Positions 49,601 through 61,850 of a stretch of 64,000 bases of DNA are shown here, piece by piece. This stretch comes from Macrostomum hystrix. Its lineage: Eukaryota; Animalia; Platyhelminthes. The first letter of the stretch is position 1. Each line of letters opens with the position of its first letter. The stretch spans positions 992,001 through 1,056,000 of the forward strand of contig CATNEN010000031.1 in the NCBI GenBank assembly GCA_950097015.1, written 5' to 3'. Under the pieces are notes generated by a model. The model did not search any database and was not told the origin of the DNA. It worked only from the letters and a program-made list of their open reading frames with translations. A program made the position numbers and the translations under genes.

Positions 49601-52600
49601 GCGGCGCAGGCACCGTCTCCACCGCCGCCGGAGCACCAGACGCATTGGAAGCGTTGATCTCGGATGCCCAGCGTGCAGTCGTCGCAGCTGCTGGCCATCG
49701 CTTGGCACCGATAGATGAGGAGGCGGCCAGCAGAACCGGCGGACTCCAAGGCCCGCTTACGACCAGACTGGTCCGACCAGTGGAAGGCCACGGAGCAGGC
49801 GACGGTGGCAGCGGGCCCGCCAGCCTGCAGCAGGCCTGTACTGCACCGCAGCTGGCGCCGGTGCGACTCAAGCAGGCTGGCCGGGAATTCGGCAGGCTCG
49901 CCGCCCTGACAGGCCACTGTGCAGCTGAAGGACTTCATAAATGCCTGCTGCGGGCGGGTTGTTCCAAGCTGAAATAAGCTACAGATTGGACAGCTGTGAA
50001 CTGAACTGCCACTTTTACTATGATCCCTTCAATAATAATAGTAATAATAATAACTGCAAGAGGGCTGTGGGCAATGGCACATCAATTGGTGACACTAGAC
50101 ACGCAGCCAGCGAGTAGGCAACTCGGCCCATTTCGCTGACTCCAGAGCACACACGCACACAGATACTGTATGCAGGCATTCGCTCACACAGGTGTGTACA
50201 TAGGTAAACGATTCCCAGCCGTACCTGGTAGCCAGAAAAGTCGTACAGCAGGCGAGCTGCTGTACCTGAGGCCAAAGCGATCTCGACGTCGACGCCGTCA
50301 GCAGAGCTAATTAGAGGACAAGAGCCGTCGCTGACTCCACCCTGGCTGCTGTTGACAACGGCCGAGCGGCCGACATCGCCCGGACAGTCGTCGGCTGGGC
50401 GGTGAACGCAGGCCGAACGAAGGCTGCACCAGCTGCACAGACGACGGCTGCCGCCACCGCCGCTGCCGATAGCAGCTACGCAACTCGTGCAATCGGTGTG
50501 CAATCGGCAGCTGAATGCTTCCACATTGGCAGATGCGTAGTATGGCACTGAAGAGCTTCGACTGCTGGCGATCTGCACGGCTAGACTGCGGCTGGCTGCG
50601 GTAGCAGCAATGGGTGAGGCGGCGAGTTAGTGCTGGGGGTTCAGTGAGTACATTCAGTGAGTCAAATCGCACCTTGATTTCCAAGAAAGCTACCCAGCTC
50701 GACCAGATCCACCGGGCAGCTGACGCCCAGACTGCCGCCCTGGTAGCTCGGGCGCAGTTCAGCTTCTCGTGCAGGCAAAGCGGCCATCGAGTGCCCGGTG
50801 GCGTTGTTGGCCACATAGTGACAAAAGTACGCAACTGGTGGCGCGTTTCTAATCTGCATGTCAACAAAAACTCTGCCCAGTTTGGCGGCGTCGTCAATGC
50901 AGATCTCCGAGTTGCTAATGCCAACAACTGTCGGGCAATTGTCAACTAATGTCACGTGACTAGCTGGGCTGGGCAGGCCGGGCCTATCCCAGGTCTGGCA
51001 GCCGGCCGAGCCCTCCTGATTGGACCAGACGCAGTGGGGATTGCGGGAGCCGAGGCAGGCGGAGCAGGAGCGGTAAAGCCGCTCGCAAGATGCGTAGGGA
51101 TGCGAGGCCGCCTAGGAGGGCATGGAAATATGAGTTTGGGATTAGCTAAGCTCACCAAGTCTTGATCAGTTCGGATTGCTTGTGTTTCCTACTTTAAGAA
51201 TTTCCGAATTCTTCTGAATTTCTTAACTCTTCCGAATTACCGATTCCGTATTTCCACGAATTTTACCGAATTCTTCTGAATTAACGAATACTTCTGAGTT
51301 GAAAAAATCCTCTTTAAAAGAGTCCAGGCTTTCCTAAATTTTCCTGGACTTTTTATTCCTAAATTTTCGTATTTTTATGAATTTCCGAAAGGTGTTTTCA
51401 TAATTTTTTCAAATCTCTAAATTTGCAATTTTCATATTTTTCAAGTTCTTCCTAAATTTCAAGTCCACCAGAGCTTCTCATTATTAAAAAAAATTCATTC
51501 GTATTTAACTTTCAAAAGCCTTCAGTACTCTCTGTTTCAAAATGTTAATTTTTTTTCGGAATTTTTCGTACATTTATTTTCAACTTAAAACTTGAGTTAA
51601 AGATCCTTTTCGGAATTTACTACGAGTATAAAAAGAATAACTTCTAATATTTGGTCGAATAAAGTTTTCTGTAAACTACTGGCAGTAAGCTTCATTGCAT
51701 ATGTGTTCTCCAAAAATGTTCCAATCCGAAATAGAGAAAAATACAAAACTATATCTTTTGTTAAATAAGCTTATAAGCCAAATGTCAAAATGACCTTCTA
51801 CACTGCACAATCTACTTACACTGCCCTCAATTACTGCCCTCACAACCTAAACTGACTTCCATCTGTCCACCTCCTTCTCCCTGTCTACCTCCTCTCCCCT
51901 GTCTACCTCTCCACTGTCTACCTCGTTCGTCTACCTCCTTCTCTCTGTCTACCCCTTTCTCTGTCTACCTCCTCCTCTCTGTCCACCTCCTTCTCTCTGT
52001 CTACCCCCTTCTCTCTGTCTACCTCCTTCTCTCTGTCTACCTCCTTCTCTCTGACCACCTCCTTCTCTCTATCCACCTCCTTCTCGCTGTCCACCTCCTT
52101 CTCTCTGTCCACCTCTTTCTCTCTGTCCACCTCCTTCTCTCTGTCTACCTCCTTCTCTCTGTCTACCTCCTTCTCTCTGTCCACCTCCTTCTCTCTGTCT
52201 ACCTCCTTCGTCTACCTCCTTCGTCTACCTCCTTCGTCTACCTCCTTCTCGCTGTCCACCTCCTTCTCTCTGTCGACAAGGTTCCTAAATCTGGCTACAC
52301 CATTATGTGTCTTGTGTGCTTGTTTCTGCTCTAGAGCCCATTATAGTTTTTCAGTTTTGCTGGCAGACGTCACAGTTTTAAGCAAGAAATAAAAATTAAT
52401 TGCACAGATGAAACTTCAAAAGCAAGAACTGCTAACAGAAAACTCAGGATCGACAGAAATCGGCAAGACTGCAAGATTGGCAAGATAGCATGGGTATTGC
52501 TAGACTCTTCCACAGACCTCACACGCGGATATTACAGAGCTTGGGTAAGTGCGACAACAGCAGCAGCAGCAGCAGCAACTGTTAGCGACACAAGGAAGAC

Positions 52601-55600
52601 AGAACCCACATTGTTAGCCCAGAAATTAAACGGCATAGAGAAAATGGCTGAGAAGCAATCGATTATAAATTTGTTAATTTTTTGGAAAACTATGTAATTA
52701 GTACTGTGCATTGCGCTTTCTAAGGCTGTGTACACTTTTGCTTACTGTAACACTGTCTGCATAACGAACTCTATGCTAGTACGCCTATAAATTCTATTGA
52801 ATCTCTTATCTTAGTGTCCGCGTAAAAATAAAAGTACACATAATTATTTGAGTCACTCAGACACCGACTATAGAGTTCCAATTTCCCACGCTTGTAACGC
52901 ACACACACTCACCCAAACATAAGGAACTGAGAACTGAAGTTATCCCTGTAGTAACGCATTTTAACCGACTTCCTTATCAGACAGCCCTACACAATGGACC
53001 GATTCATCTTGACTGAGAACAGACCAGGCTCAATGTCTGACGCTAATTAATGCTGAACACTTTGGCCACAAACTTATACTATATGACTGTTCTCATTTTA
53101 TAATATACAGCACTTAGGGGGCATTCTATTCTGCTCCGTCATCTGCCATAGGATTGGTTGGGGAAAGCTGGCAACTCGGAGATTTACCACATATGTACAG
53201 ATTTAGAGAAATGTACAGAGATGTAGAGAGATGTACTGTGATTTAGAGAAATGTACAGAGATGTAGAGAGATGTACAGTGATTTAGAGAAATGTACAGTG
53301 ATTTAGAGAAATGTACAGTGATTTAGAGAAATGTACAGAGATGTAGAGAAATGTACAGTGATTTAGAGAAATGTACAGAGATGTAGAGAGATGTACAGTG
53401 ATTTAGAGAAATGTACAGAGATGTAGAGAAATGTACAGTGATTTAGAGAAATGTACAGAGATTTAGAGAAATGTACAGAGATGTAGAGAGATGTACAGTG
53501 ATTTAGAGAAATGTACAGAGATGTAGAGAGATGTACAGTGATTTAGAGAAATGTACAGTGATTTAGAGAAATGTACAGAGATGTAGAGATATGTACAGTG
53601 ATTTAGAGAAATGTACAGAGATGTAGAGAAATGTACAGTGATTTAGAGAAATGTACAGTGATTTAGAGAAATGTAAAGTGATTTAGAGAAATGTACAGAG
53701 ATGTAGAGAGATGTACAGTGATTTAGAGAAATGTACAGAGATATAGAGAGATGTACAGTGATTTAGAGAAATGTACAGAGATGTAGAGAAATGTACAGTG
53801 ATTTAGAGAAATGTACAGTGATTTAGAGAAATGTAAAGTGATTTGGAGAAATGTACAGAGATTTAGAGAAATGTACAGTGATGTAGAGAGATGTACAGAG
53901 ATTTAGAGAAATGTACAGTGATGTAAAGAGATGTACAGAGATGTACAGAGATGTACGGAGATGTACGGAGATGTACAGAGATGCACAGAGATGTACAGAG
54001 ATTTATCAGTGATGCTGATAGGTGTAAAGAGGTCCCCTATAAGCTGTGTAGAGTAAAGGTAGCTGTGAACGGTAGCAAATTGAATGCATTTATTTTCACA
54101 CCCGTCCTAGTAGGGATTAGAAGGCTTTTCCATAATACGAGAAAAATGTCAACTGATCCAAGCGCTCTGAGTTTAAGTGGAGAATCCAAAGTGGAACTGG
54201 CGAAACATTTGTGACGCAACACGGATTACGTAACCATCCGAATAAACGCGGGCACACTTAGAGACACCAAAATTAAATGCCCCGAAGAGAGAAAAATGAA
54301 AACTGCAGAGTGGGGAGAATAATGGAAACCGGAAGGTTGGTTCGCGTATTTGAATAGGTGTAGGATACCAGGTGTGCCAAAAGCACTCACTGCTAGAACT
54401 GACCACGGAGTGACGGGAGTGACTTCTGCTCAAGCATGGGATAGCTGTCTGAGTGGTACTAACCACTCACTCATTAACAACGATCTGAATTAGCAACTTA
54501 ATCTGAATGACCAATGTTAATAACAATGACCCTTATATTCAATCTGAATGACCAATGTTAATAACAATGACCCTTATATTCAATCTGAATGACCAATGTT
54601 AATAACAATGACCCTTATATTCAATCTGAATGACCAATGTTAATAACAATGACCCTTATATTCAATCTGAATGACCAATGTTAATAACAATGACCCTTAT
54701 ATTCAATCTGAATGACCAATGTTAATAACAATGACCCTTATATTCAATCTGAATGACCAAAGTTAATTACAATTACCTTTACATTCAATCTGAATAACCA
54801 ATAACCAATGACCAATAGAATCACCTATCAGACAGTTCATAGCAATGACCCTTATACTCAATCTGAATGACCAAGGTTCATAGCAATCACCTTTACATTC
54901 AATCTGAATGACCAAGGTTCATAGCAATCACCTTTACATTCAATCTGAATGACCAAGGTTCATAGCAATGACCCTGATATTTAATCTGAGTGACCAATGT
55001 TAATAACAATGACCGGTTCTAAATGTATTTAGCACCAAAACATTTACGAGCAAATCAGAGTTTCAAGTAGCTCAAGGGTCCTCACCAGAGTCCTACCGAG
55101 GGTGTACAGTCGCCTCTTTCCTGTTCTGATGGCCAGCACTGGTCCGTTGTCAACGCTGGCATTGGCGAATAGCCAGCTATCGCGCGAGTCCTGCACTCTG
55201 TACTGCAAAAGCTGGCCGCCGGAGGTGCCAATGTACAGCACCGTGGCACCGTTGTCTAGAGGCAGAACAGCCAGGGATGTGATGTTCTGAGATGGACTCA
55301 CGCTGGCCAGGAAACTGGTCTGGTACCTGTCAGGTTTGGGAGTAAGCTAGGATTTGATGCAAAAAATCTTCCCCATCAAATAGACGATAGTGGGAAAGGA
55401 GCTTTAGGCGAAACTCTATTGAGAAAAGGAAGGTAAGGAGAGAAGGAGGTGAACAGAGAGAAGGAAGTGGACAGAGAGAAGGAGGTGGACAGAGAGAAGG
55501 AGGTGGACAGAGAAGGAGGTGGACAGAGAGAAGGAAGTGGACAGAGAAGGAGGTGGACTGAGAGAAGGAGGTGGACAGAGAGAAGGAGGTGGACAGAGAG

Positions 55601-58600
55601 AAGGAGGTGGACAGTGAGAAGGAGGTGGACAGAGAGAAGGAGGTGGACAGAGAAGGAGGTGGACAGAGAGAAGGAGGTGGACAGTGAGATGGAGGTGGAC
55701 AGAGAGAAGGAGGTGGACAGTGAGAAGGAGGTAGACAGAGAAGGTGGTGGACAGTGAGAAGGAGGTGGACAGAGAGAAGGAGGTGGACAGAGAGAAGGAG
55801 GTAGACAGAGAGAAGGAGGTAGACAGAGAGAAGGAGGTGGACAGTGAGAAGGAGGTGGACAGAGAGAAGGAGGTGGACAGAGAGAAGGAGGTAGACAGAG
55901 AGAAGGAGGTAGACAGAGAGAAGGAGGTGGACAGAGAGAAGGAGGTAGACAGAGAGAAGGAGGTAGACAGAGAGAAGGAGGTGGACAGAGAGAAGGAGGT
56001 AGACAGAGAGATGGAGGTAGACAGAGAGAAGGAGGTGGACAGAGAGAAGGAGGTAGACAGAGAGATGGAGGTAGACAGAGAGAAGGAGGTGGACAGAGAG
56101 AAGGAGGTGGACAGAGAGAAGGAGGTAGACAGACAGAAGGCACAGAAAAAGAAGACTGCATAGCAACAAGCGTCCCACCTGTGCTGCTCCTTGAGTCCGA
56201 CCATGCCCATCCACTCCGGCTGCGATTGGAACGGCGTGCAGAATTTCGGTGCCGCGGCTTCCTCACCGCCGGAGGTGGAGGAGGAGGAAGAGGAGGGGTG
56301 GCGTCCGGCCTGCCGGGCGGAGCACTTGACATGGTCGCGAATGTAGGCCGGACCAAAGTAGGCCTGGCCGTTCAAACAGTCGGCTACAATGCGGTTTAGC
56401 CGCGAATTGATGACAGAGATCGGCACCGCGCAGACACCCTGGCGCCAGTTGAGCAGACTGGAGTCCACAACCCGGCTGGACAGGAACAGCACAGGCTCTT
56501 CCGCTGGAATGCCCAGCTGAGCTGCTAGCTGGCTACCTGCAGTGCGGAATGGTTTCTCCAATCTGTTAGCTTTTTAAGCGCTGCACGATTCCAGTTTCAC
56601 TCAACGAATTTGCATCTATATCCCCTCAGTGCATCGCAGTGATTCTCAACTCACTCTATCCCTCCAACACCCTGTTTTCCCTAACTCTTATATCCTTGTC
56701 TTTATCTTTCCTTTCCTTGTCTTTCCTTTCACTGCGTTCCCCTATACCCTGTCACTCTCCTCTCTCTCTGACACTTTCCTCGCTGTCTGTCACTTTCCTC
56801 TCTCTCTCTGTCACTTTCCTCTCTCTCTCTGTCACTTTCCTCTTTCTGTCACTTTCCTCTCTCTGTCACTTTCCTCTCTCTGTCACTTTCCTCTCTCTGT
56901 CACTTTCCTCTCTCTGTCACTTTCCTATCACTTTTTTACTCTCGTCTCCCTCTGTCACTCTCCTTTCTCTTTGACACTTTCCTCCCTCTGTCACTCCCCA
57001 CTCTCTCTGTCACTCTCCTCTCTCTGTCACTCTCTGTTACTCTCCTCTCTCCTTGTCACTCTCCTCTCTGTCACTCTCTGTCACTCTCCTCTCTCTGTCA
57101 CTCTTTGTCACTCTCCTCTCTCTGTCACTCTTTGTCACTCTCCTCTCTCTGTCACTCTTTGTCACTCTCCTCTCTCTGTCACTCTTTGTAACTCTCCTCT
57201 CTCTGTCACTCTTTGTCACTCTCCTCTCCCCCTGTCACTCTCCTCTCCCCCTGTCACTCTCCTCTTCGTCCCCTGTCCATGTCACACCTACCATCCATCA
57301 GTTTTAATGCGAGTCCTAACTAACGGGCCACTTGCCCATGATTTGCGAGTACATGCCTTGGCAAGTACACACCTTGGCTATCCTTCAGAGAAGTGGAATA
57401 GTATAATTTTTCCCAGAACAGGCACCAACCTGAATTGTGCGCATGTTTTCTCTTAACATAATGACATTGAACTGTAAGAACTACCCAGTTCCATTATTAA
57501 CAATGGGTTAAATGCAGAACATTCTTCACACTATCATTATCACACATATCACACCGTCTACCTCCGCAGTAACGAGCTATGTATAATTTATCTAAGCAAA
57601 AATTCTTTAACTGGAATATAAAAATAATTATCACATTAGCTAAAAAGTTTTAAGCAACCTAATAATCCAAATAATTGAAGCTATTCAGCAACCAGACACC
57701 GGATCTGCAGCTAGCTAAAGAGAAGAAAAAATGCTACATTTATAAGTTCGGCCTGCCCGCTTGGGCTATCCCGAAAGAAGACTGTCAGTCAGAATTTAAC
57801 ACTCTCCGGCAGGGAGCAGGGCTAGTGGCTTTAAAAGTGCAAGTCTGCTTTCAGGAGGGGCATATGTGGGCGAGCGTGTTCGAATCCCATACCGAAATTT
57901 ATCAACTTTCTATTCCATTAAACATTTCGCATAGCGGTCTGCGTATCTTCAACTGCGCCCACAAGCCCTAAATTATTCGGCTATTTGTTCAACTGAGTTT
58001 GTTTCTCTCGCCCTGCTCACTGAAGTATAATGATCGAAATGCTATGATTGAGCATGGTAAGTGAACCGAAACTTATGACTATAAGAAAAATAAATTAGGG
58101 ACGAATGAACCAAAGACGATGAGCGACAAAAGATAACGAGCGATAAATTGCCTAATGACAATGAGCAACTGATGACCGAAATAGACAATGAGCAACTGAT
58201 GACCGAACTAACTAAATAATGAGCAACTCATGACCGAAATAGATAATGAGCAACTGATGACCGAAATAGACAATGAGCAACTGATGACCGAACTAAATAA
58301 TGAGCAACTCATGACCGAAATAGATAATGAGCAACTGATGACCGAAATAGACAATGAGCAACTGATGACCGAACTAAATAATGAGCAACTCATGACCGAA
58401 ATAGATAATGAGCAACTGATGACCGAACTAGACAATGAGCAACTGATGACCGAACTAAATAATGAGCAACTCATGACCGAAATAGATAATGAGCAACTGA
58501 TGACCGAACTAAATAATGAGCAACTCATGACCGAACTAGACAATGAGCAACTGATGACCGAACTAGACAATGAGCAACTGATGACCGAACTAGACAATGA

Positions 58601-60512
58601 GCAACTAATTACAGAACTAAACAATGAGCAACGAATGACCAAATTAGACAATGAGCAACTAATTACAGAACTAAACAAATGAGCAACAAATGACCGAACT
58701 AGACAATTAGCAACTAATTACAGAACTAACCAACTGAGCGAGAAATGTCCCAACTAGTCGATGATTGACAATCATAATCGAGAATGACCGATTGATTTTG
58801 ACTGACCAATGACCCAAGGATTATCGAAATGACTTACCAGCCCTGCCAAATGTGGCAGCTTCGCCGGTGAAACCGTAGATAGCTGTTGCATCCGCGTCCG
58901 CGTGGTTGCAATAGATGTGCATTTCAACGTAGCCTGTTAGGTACAAATCTCTGGTGCACAGGCGACCGATTCGCACCTGAATCGAATAGGGGAGAAGAGC
59001 GATCAGTAGCTATGTGATATTGGTATGATCAACATGCGGGATCTGGATGATCAACATGTGGAATCTGGATGATCAACATGCGGGATCTGGATGATTAACA
59101 TGTGGGATCTGGATGATCAACATGCGGGATCTGGATGATCAACATGCGGGATCTGGATAATCCACATGCGGGATCTGGATGATTAACATGTGGGATCTGG
59201 ATGATCAACATGCGGGATCTGGATGATCAACATGCGGGATCTGGATGATCAACATGTGGGATCTGGATGATCACCATGTGGGAACTGGATGATCAACATG
59301 CGGGATCTGGATGATCAATATGTTTGGTCTAGATGATCAACATGCGGGATCTGGATGATCAACATACGGGATCTGGATGATCAACATGCGGCGCCCAAGT
59401 GTCACTCAGGACATCGGGATCTGGATAATCAACATGCGGGATCTGGATGATTAACATGCGGGATCTGGATGATCAACATGCGGGATCTGGATGATCAACA
59501 TGCGGGATCTGGATGATCAACATGTAGAATCTGGACTATCTTTGCCTGGGATCTGGACTGTCTGTACCTGGGATCTGGACTATCTTTGCCTGGGATCTGT
59601 ACTATTTGTATCTAGAAGTCAGATTGTTCGCCCAACAGTACACACCTGCGACAGCTCGGATTCAACCACCTCCCTGGCTGTGAGCAGGTAGTAAACATAC
59701 TCGTGTGGGCCGTCGGTGTACTTAAACGAATAGTGATAGGCCAGAGTGTTGGGTAGGCTCTTGCTACTGTGCGGCAGAATCTCGGTGGAGAATCTAGAAA
59801 ATGTGCCAAACCGAAACAGTTGCAGAGAGCTCATGTCCACAATGCTCATGATGGACTCAACTGTGTTGTCCAAATTCTTGGTAGTACAGAACGGCATGGA
59901 CAGGTAGAGGCCGTCGTGTTTTATATTAGAGTCCAGATCGGTGTATTTGGGCGCCACTGTTAGGTGAGTCTTGGCCGACTCGCTACGGCACAACAGACTC
60001 CTGGACAGGTGCTTCAACTTCCTGTCAATCTGGGCAAAGTCCACGACCAAAGGACCGTCTGTTAGGTGAACAGCGGCACAGGAGCTGCTCAGATAGGACA
60101 TGCAGAAGTACAGATTGCCATTGTACAGCGTCATAGCCTTCATATAGTTGTCCATGGGGTGGACCTGGCATTGGCGGTTGATGTCCAGGACAGTTAGGAG
60201 GATCTGGTTCGGCGAGCACGTTAACGAGTCATTCCTGGGCCCGGTTCTGGTGACATACTTGGCTGTGAAGTCCGCTCTCAGGTTGATGAGCTCGTTGGTC
60301 TGAGCAATGGCCAGGAACTCCTCTCCACCCAGCTCGTACAGCTCCATGTGGCTGAAGCTGTGGCCAGGAAGTGACGTAGCTTCACTAGCGGAATTCATCA
60401 GGCCCGTTGTCTGTCTTGGCCCCAGCAGCATCAGCAGCAGCAACAGCGTCAGCAACAGAACACGCGCGTCTCTTAGAATGATCACAAACGGAAACCGCCG
60501 CCGCTTGGACAT
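37693..60512 (-). CDS. PLXN: Plexin (Sema - PSI/IPT - TM - split GAP with RBD), 16 coding exons, ~2208 aa
   Basis: Exons read by hand (minus strand, GT-AG, all phases consistent, total 6627 nt): 60512-59646, 58976-58838 (RIGRLCTRD..YVEM..C), 56536-56179, 55326-55086, 51111-50673 (PSI: CSACLGSRNPHCVW), 50595-50225 (PSI; 77-nt intron with CACTAAC branch point), 49968-49123 (PSI+IPT), 48467-47685, 47373-46919 (TM; LLEAQVSQNCRDAFAEL), 46770-46584, 45045-44689 (FRRCDSVAERLLPNWLAF; GPVD), 44458-44278 (VLDCDTVHQAKEKILDAVY), 43326-43057, 40266-39920, 39128-38568 (CIKYLFDLFD; HIWKSNALMLRF), 37917-37693. Both GAP arginine sites are present. Confidence 0.93.
38440..38525 (+). repeat. Dispersed repeat fragment shared with ~61205-61285
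   Basis: Both contain AAGTAGGCAG..AAATAG..CTTCCCCAGGTGGAAAAT..GTCTTTCTA. The element type is unknown. Confidence 0.5.
39208..39780 (+). mobile_element. tRNA-derived SINE, longest copy (antisense in a plexin intron)
   Basis: A-box TAGCCAGTGTCGG (39224), B-box GTTCGAATCC (39271-39280), a CORE-like segment ..GCTGTAAAATGGGTA, then a body shared with four other copies in the window. Confidence 0.8.
40335..43020. repeat. 22-bp pyrimidine-rich minisatellite CCAGTCTCTATCCCTCTCCATT
   Basis: About 120 copies filling plexin intron 40267-43056; source of the 804-aa and 944-aa pseudo-ORFs. Confidence 0.97.
43435..43840. repeat. CT-rich minisatellite (CTCCTGTCTCATCTCT family)
   Basis: Irregular 14-16 bp units; inverted relative of 45590-46350. 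Confidence 0.9.
43841..44110 (+). mobile_element. SINE 3' portion with (TTA)n-like tail
   Basis: Aligns by eye to 39428-39660 and ends TGCAATTATTATTGTTATTA. Confidence 0.8.
44500..44670. repeat. Minisatellite with palindromic core TGTCAGCTGACA
   Basis: About 7 units of 22-24 bp inside the 230-nt intron 44459-44688. Confidence 0.9.
45196..45270 (+). mobile_element. tRNA-like SINE head
   Basis: TGGTGGTTAG (45211-45220) and GTTCGAATCCC (45251-45261); no convincing full cloverleaf. Confidence 0.5.
45402..45593 (-). mobile_element. SINE 3' portion with an internal ~60-bp deletion
   Basis: Reverse complement of the 43841-44100 body but lacking the GTGTACAC..GTACAC hairpin segment. Confidence 0.8.
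45590..46350. repeat. GA-rich minisatellite (GAGATGAGACAGGAGAGAAGAGAC)
   Basis: Reverse-complement family of 43435-43840. Confidence 0.9.
46405..46577 (-). mobile_element. SINE internal fragment next to a plexin splice donor
   Basis: Reverse complement of ~39406-39570; ends ~6 nt from the donor at 46583. Confidence 0.8.
47510..47660. repeat. 30-bp minisatellite GAGACATCAGGTGTGAGGATAATGGGGATA
   Basis: About 5 copies. Confidence 0.9.
50030..50192 (-). mobile_element. 5'-truncated SINE with (TTA)n tail
   Basis: The minus strand reads TGTACACACCTGTGTGAG..GCCATTGCCCACAGCCCTCTTGCAG(TTA)n. Confidence 0.8.
51860..52275. repeat. 18-bp minisatellite T(C/G)(T/C)ACCTCCTTCTCTCTG
   Basis: Inverted relative of 55445-56150. 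Confidence 0.93.
53195..54005. repeat. 20-bp minisatellite GATTTAGAGAAATGTACAG(T/A)
   Basis: About 40 copies, decaying to 10-bp units at the right end. Confidence 0.95.
54495..55015. repeat. 41-bp minisatellite AATCTGAATGACCAATGTTAATAACAATGACCCTTATATTC
   Basis: About 6 perfect copies plus degenerate copies. Confidence 0.93.
55445..56150. repeat. 18-bp minisatellite CAGAGAGAAGGAGGT(A/G)GA
   Basis: About 39 copies filling intron 55327-56178. Confidence 0.95.
56770..57270. repeat. CT-rich minisatellite (CTCTCTGTCACT family)
   Basis: Irregular tandem units. Confidence 0.88.
57808..57895 (+). mobile_element. Degenerate tRNA-like sequence / SINE head
   Basis: GCTAGTGGC A-box-like motif and GTTCGAATCC at 57878-57887; stems do not close cleanly. 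Confidence 0.4.
58155..58730. repeat. 27-bp minisatellite GAGCAACTGATGACCGAAATAGACAAT
   Basis: About 21 copies. Confidence 0.95.
59025..59530. repeat. 22-bp minisatellite GGATCTGGATGATCAACATGCG
   Basis: About 22 copies, with a short unique insert at ~59390-59415. Confidence 0.93.
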
Positions 60513-61672
60513 TGCGACAGTTTCAGGCCCGGCAGCTGCCGGTGGTTCAGTCAGACTCAGAGCATTCAACTTCACAGGACGGCCTGCAAGGAAGACGTTG
60601 GAGCTGGTGAAAATAAGCGTGCTGTATCAGAACGACGTTCGCCTCTCCAGATGATATCTGATACAATTTTGGAGATTTTTGGAAGTGCCACTTAATAGTG
60701 GACATTGCGAGGCTGTTTAGATTCGAATGAATCATTTCTACGAGCGTATAAGCAACAGTGAATGAGTAAGCTGAGATTCTAATTTAGGTTTCCTTCTAGC
60801 TTTCCATCCATATCTAGAAAAGGGAATTTAGACTTTAGGCTGGAATTTATCATGGCAAGATAAAGATGCATTAGTCTTGTCTCTAGTCTCTATTTGATAG
60901 GCAGCAGCAGCAGCACCAGCAGAAGCAGCAGCTCAGCAGATTGTCTATCCATCCTTAACGCAGGCAACTCAACTTCAAGATTAGTAGAGCAGAGCCGCCG
61001 AGCAGGAAATGATTCATGAAATGACTCAGAGTCTGTACATTTATGTATTTAGAGAACAACGATTTGATATATTAGGATTTTACATAATTCGGCTGCGGAA
61101 TCGAGTCACGACTTAATAAGGCGTCGGGAACTACAATTTAGTAGCTATGCTAGAATACTCCTTGAAGAATGATGATCACCATGCATTTATTTACTTAATA
61201 AATAAGTAGGCAGTGGAATATTTAAAATATTTGAAATAGCCCCGTTGTCCTTCCCCAGGTGGAAAATAGCGCCGTCTTTCTACAGTTAAGCAAATGGACT
61301 GTATTGAGCAATCGAATGCCAGACTAGCCTGTAACCTGTTTTAATTAACCTGTAGTGGGCCCACGTGCTAAAATGATAAGTTAATAGCTAATCTAGGCCT
61401 ACTACTTCAAACAAGCCTTAGATTATTCCATAGCCAAGGTCCTAATAGCCGTTATCAGTTGTTATCAATAATTTGTAGACTTCGACACATTTTAATTATT
61501 ATAGGCAGCGGGGGTCTATCTAAAAGTAGGCGAGGTAGATAAATAGCTACCTTATTAGGGAATGACTAAGATTGACTAAGATAATCACATACAAATTGCA
61601 ACAATTATGTGAGAGAATGGAACAATGTGGAATAGACCTACCAGCAAGAAGCATCAAATGGATAATCCTCAC

Positions 61673-61850
61673 CTTGCCGCTCCAGCACTTTCGATTTATC
61701 AGACACTGTAGACGTATTGTGTTTGTGTAAAAAAATCACTTTATGTCGCTTCTTGCTCCGCCTCTTGGGTGGCTTCTTTTTGTGACAAAATTGACCAAAT
61801 TGTACGGTTGGGACGTGTTTCTCCTCGTGTTTTCTGGCAAATGCAAGACT
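61673..61850 (-). other. Candidate non-coding first exon of plexin
   Basis: Donor CAAG|GTGAGG at 61672-61667 could join the acceptor at 60595-60594, 81 nt upstream of the ATG. Unverified; the 5' boundary is a guess. Confidence 0.25.

Noticed and set aside
50633-50634. Nearer AG as the plexin acceptor (39-nt intron)
   Set aside because: It leads into the wrong frame. The AG at 50597-50596, downstream of CACTAAC, restores the PSI frame.
58155-58730. Hammerhead-like CTGATGA-CC-GAAA in the 27-bp unit
   Set aside because: No stem I or stem III complement and no NUH site in register; variants break the core.
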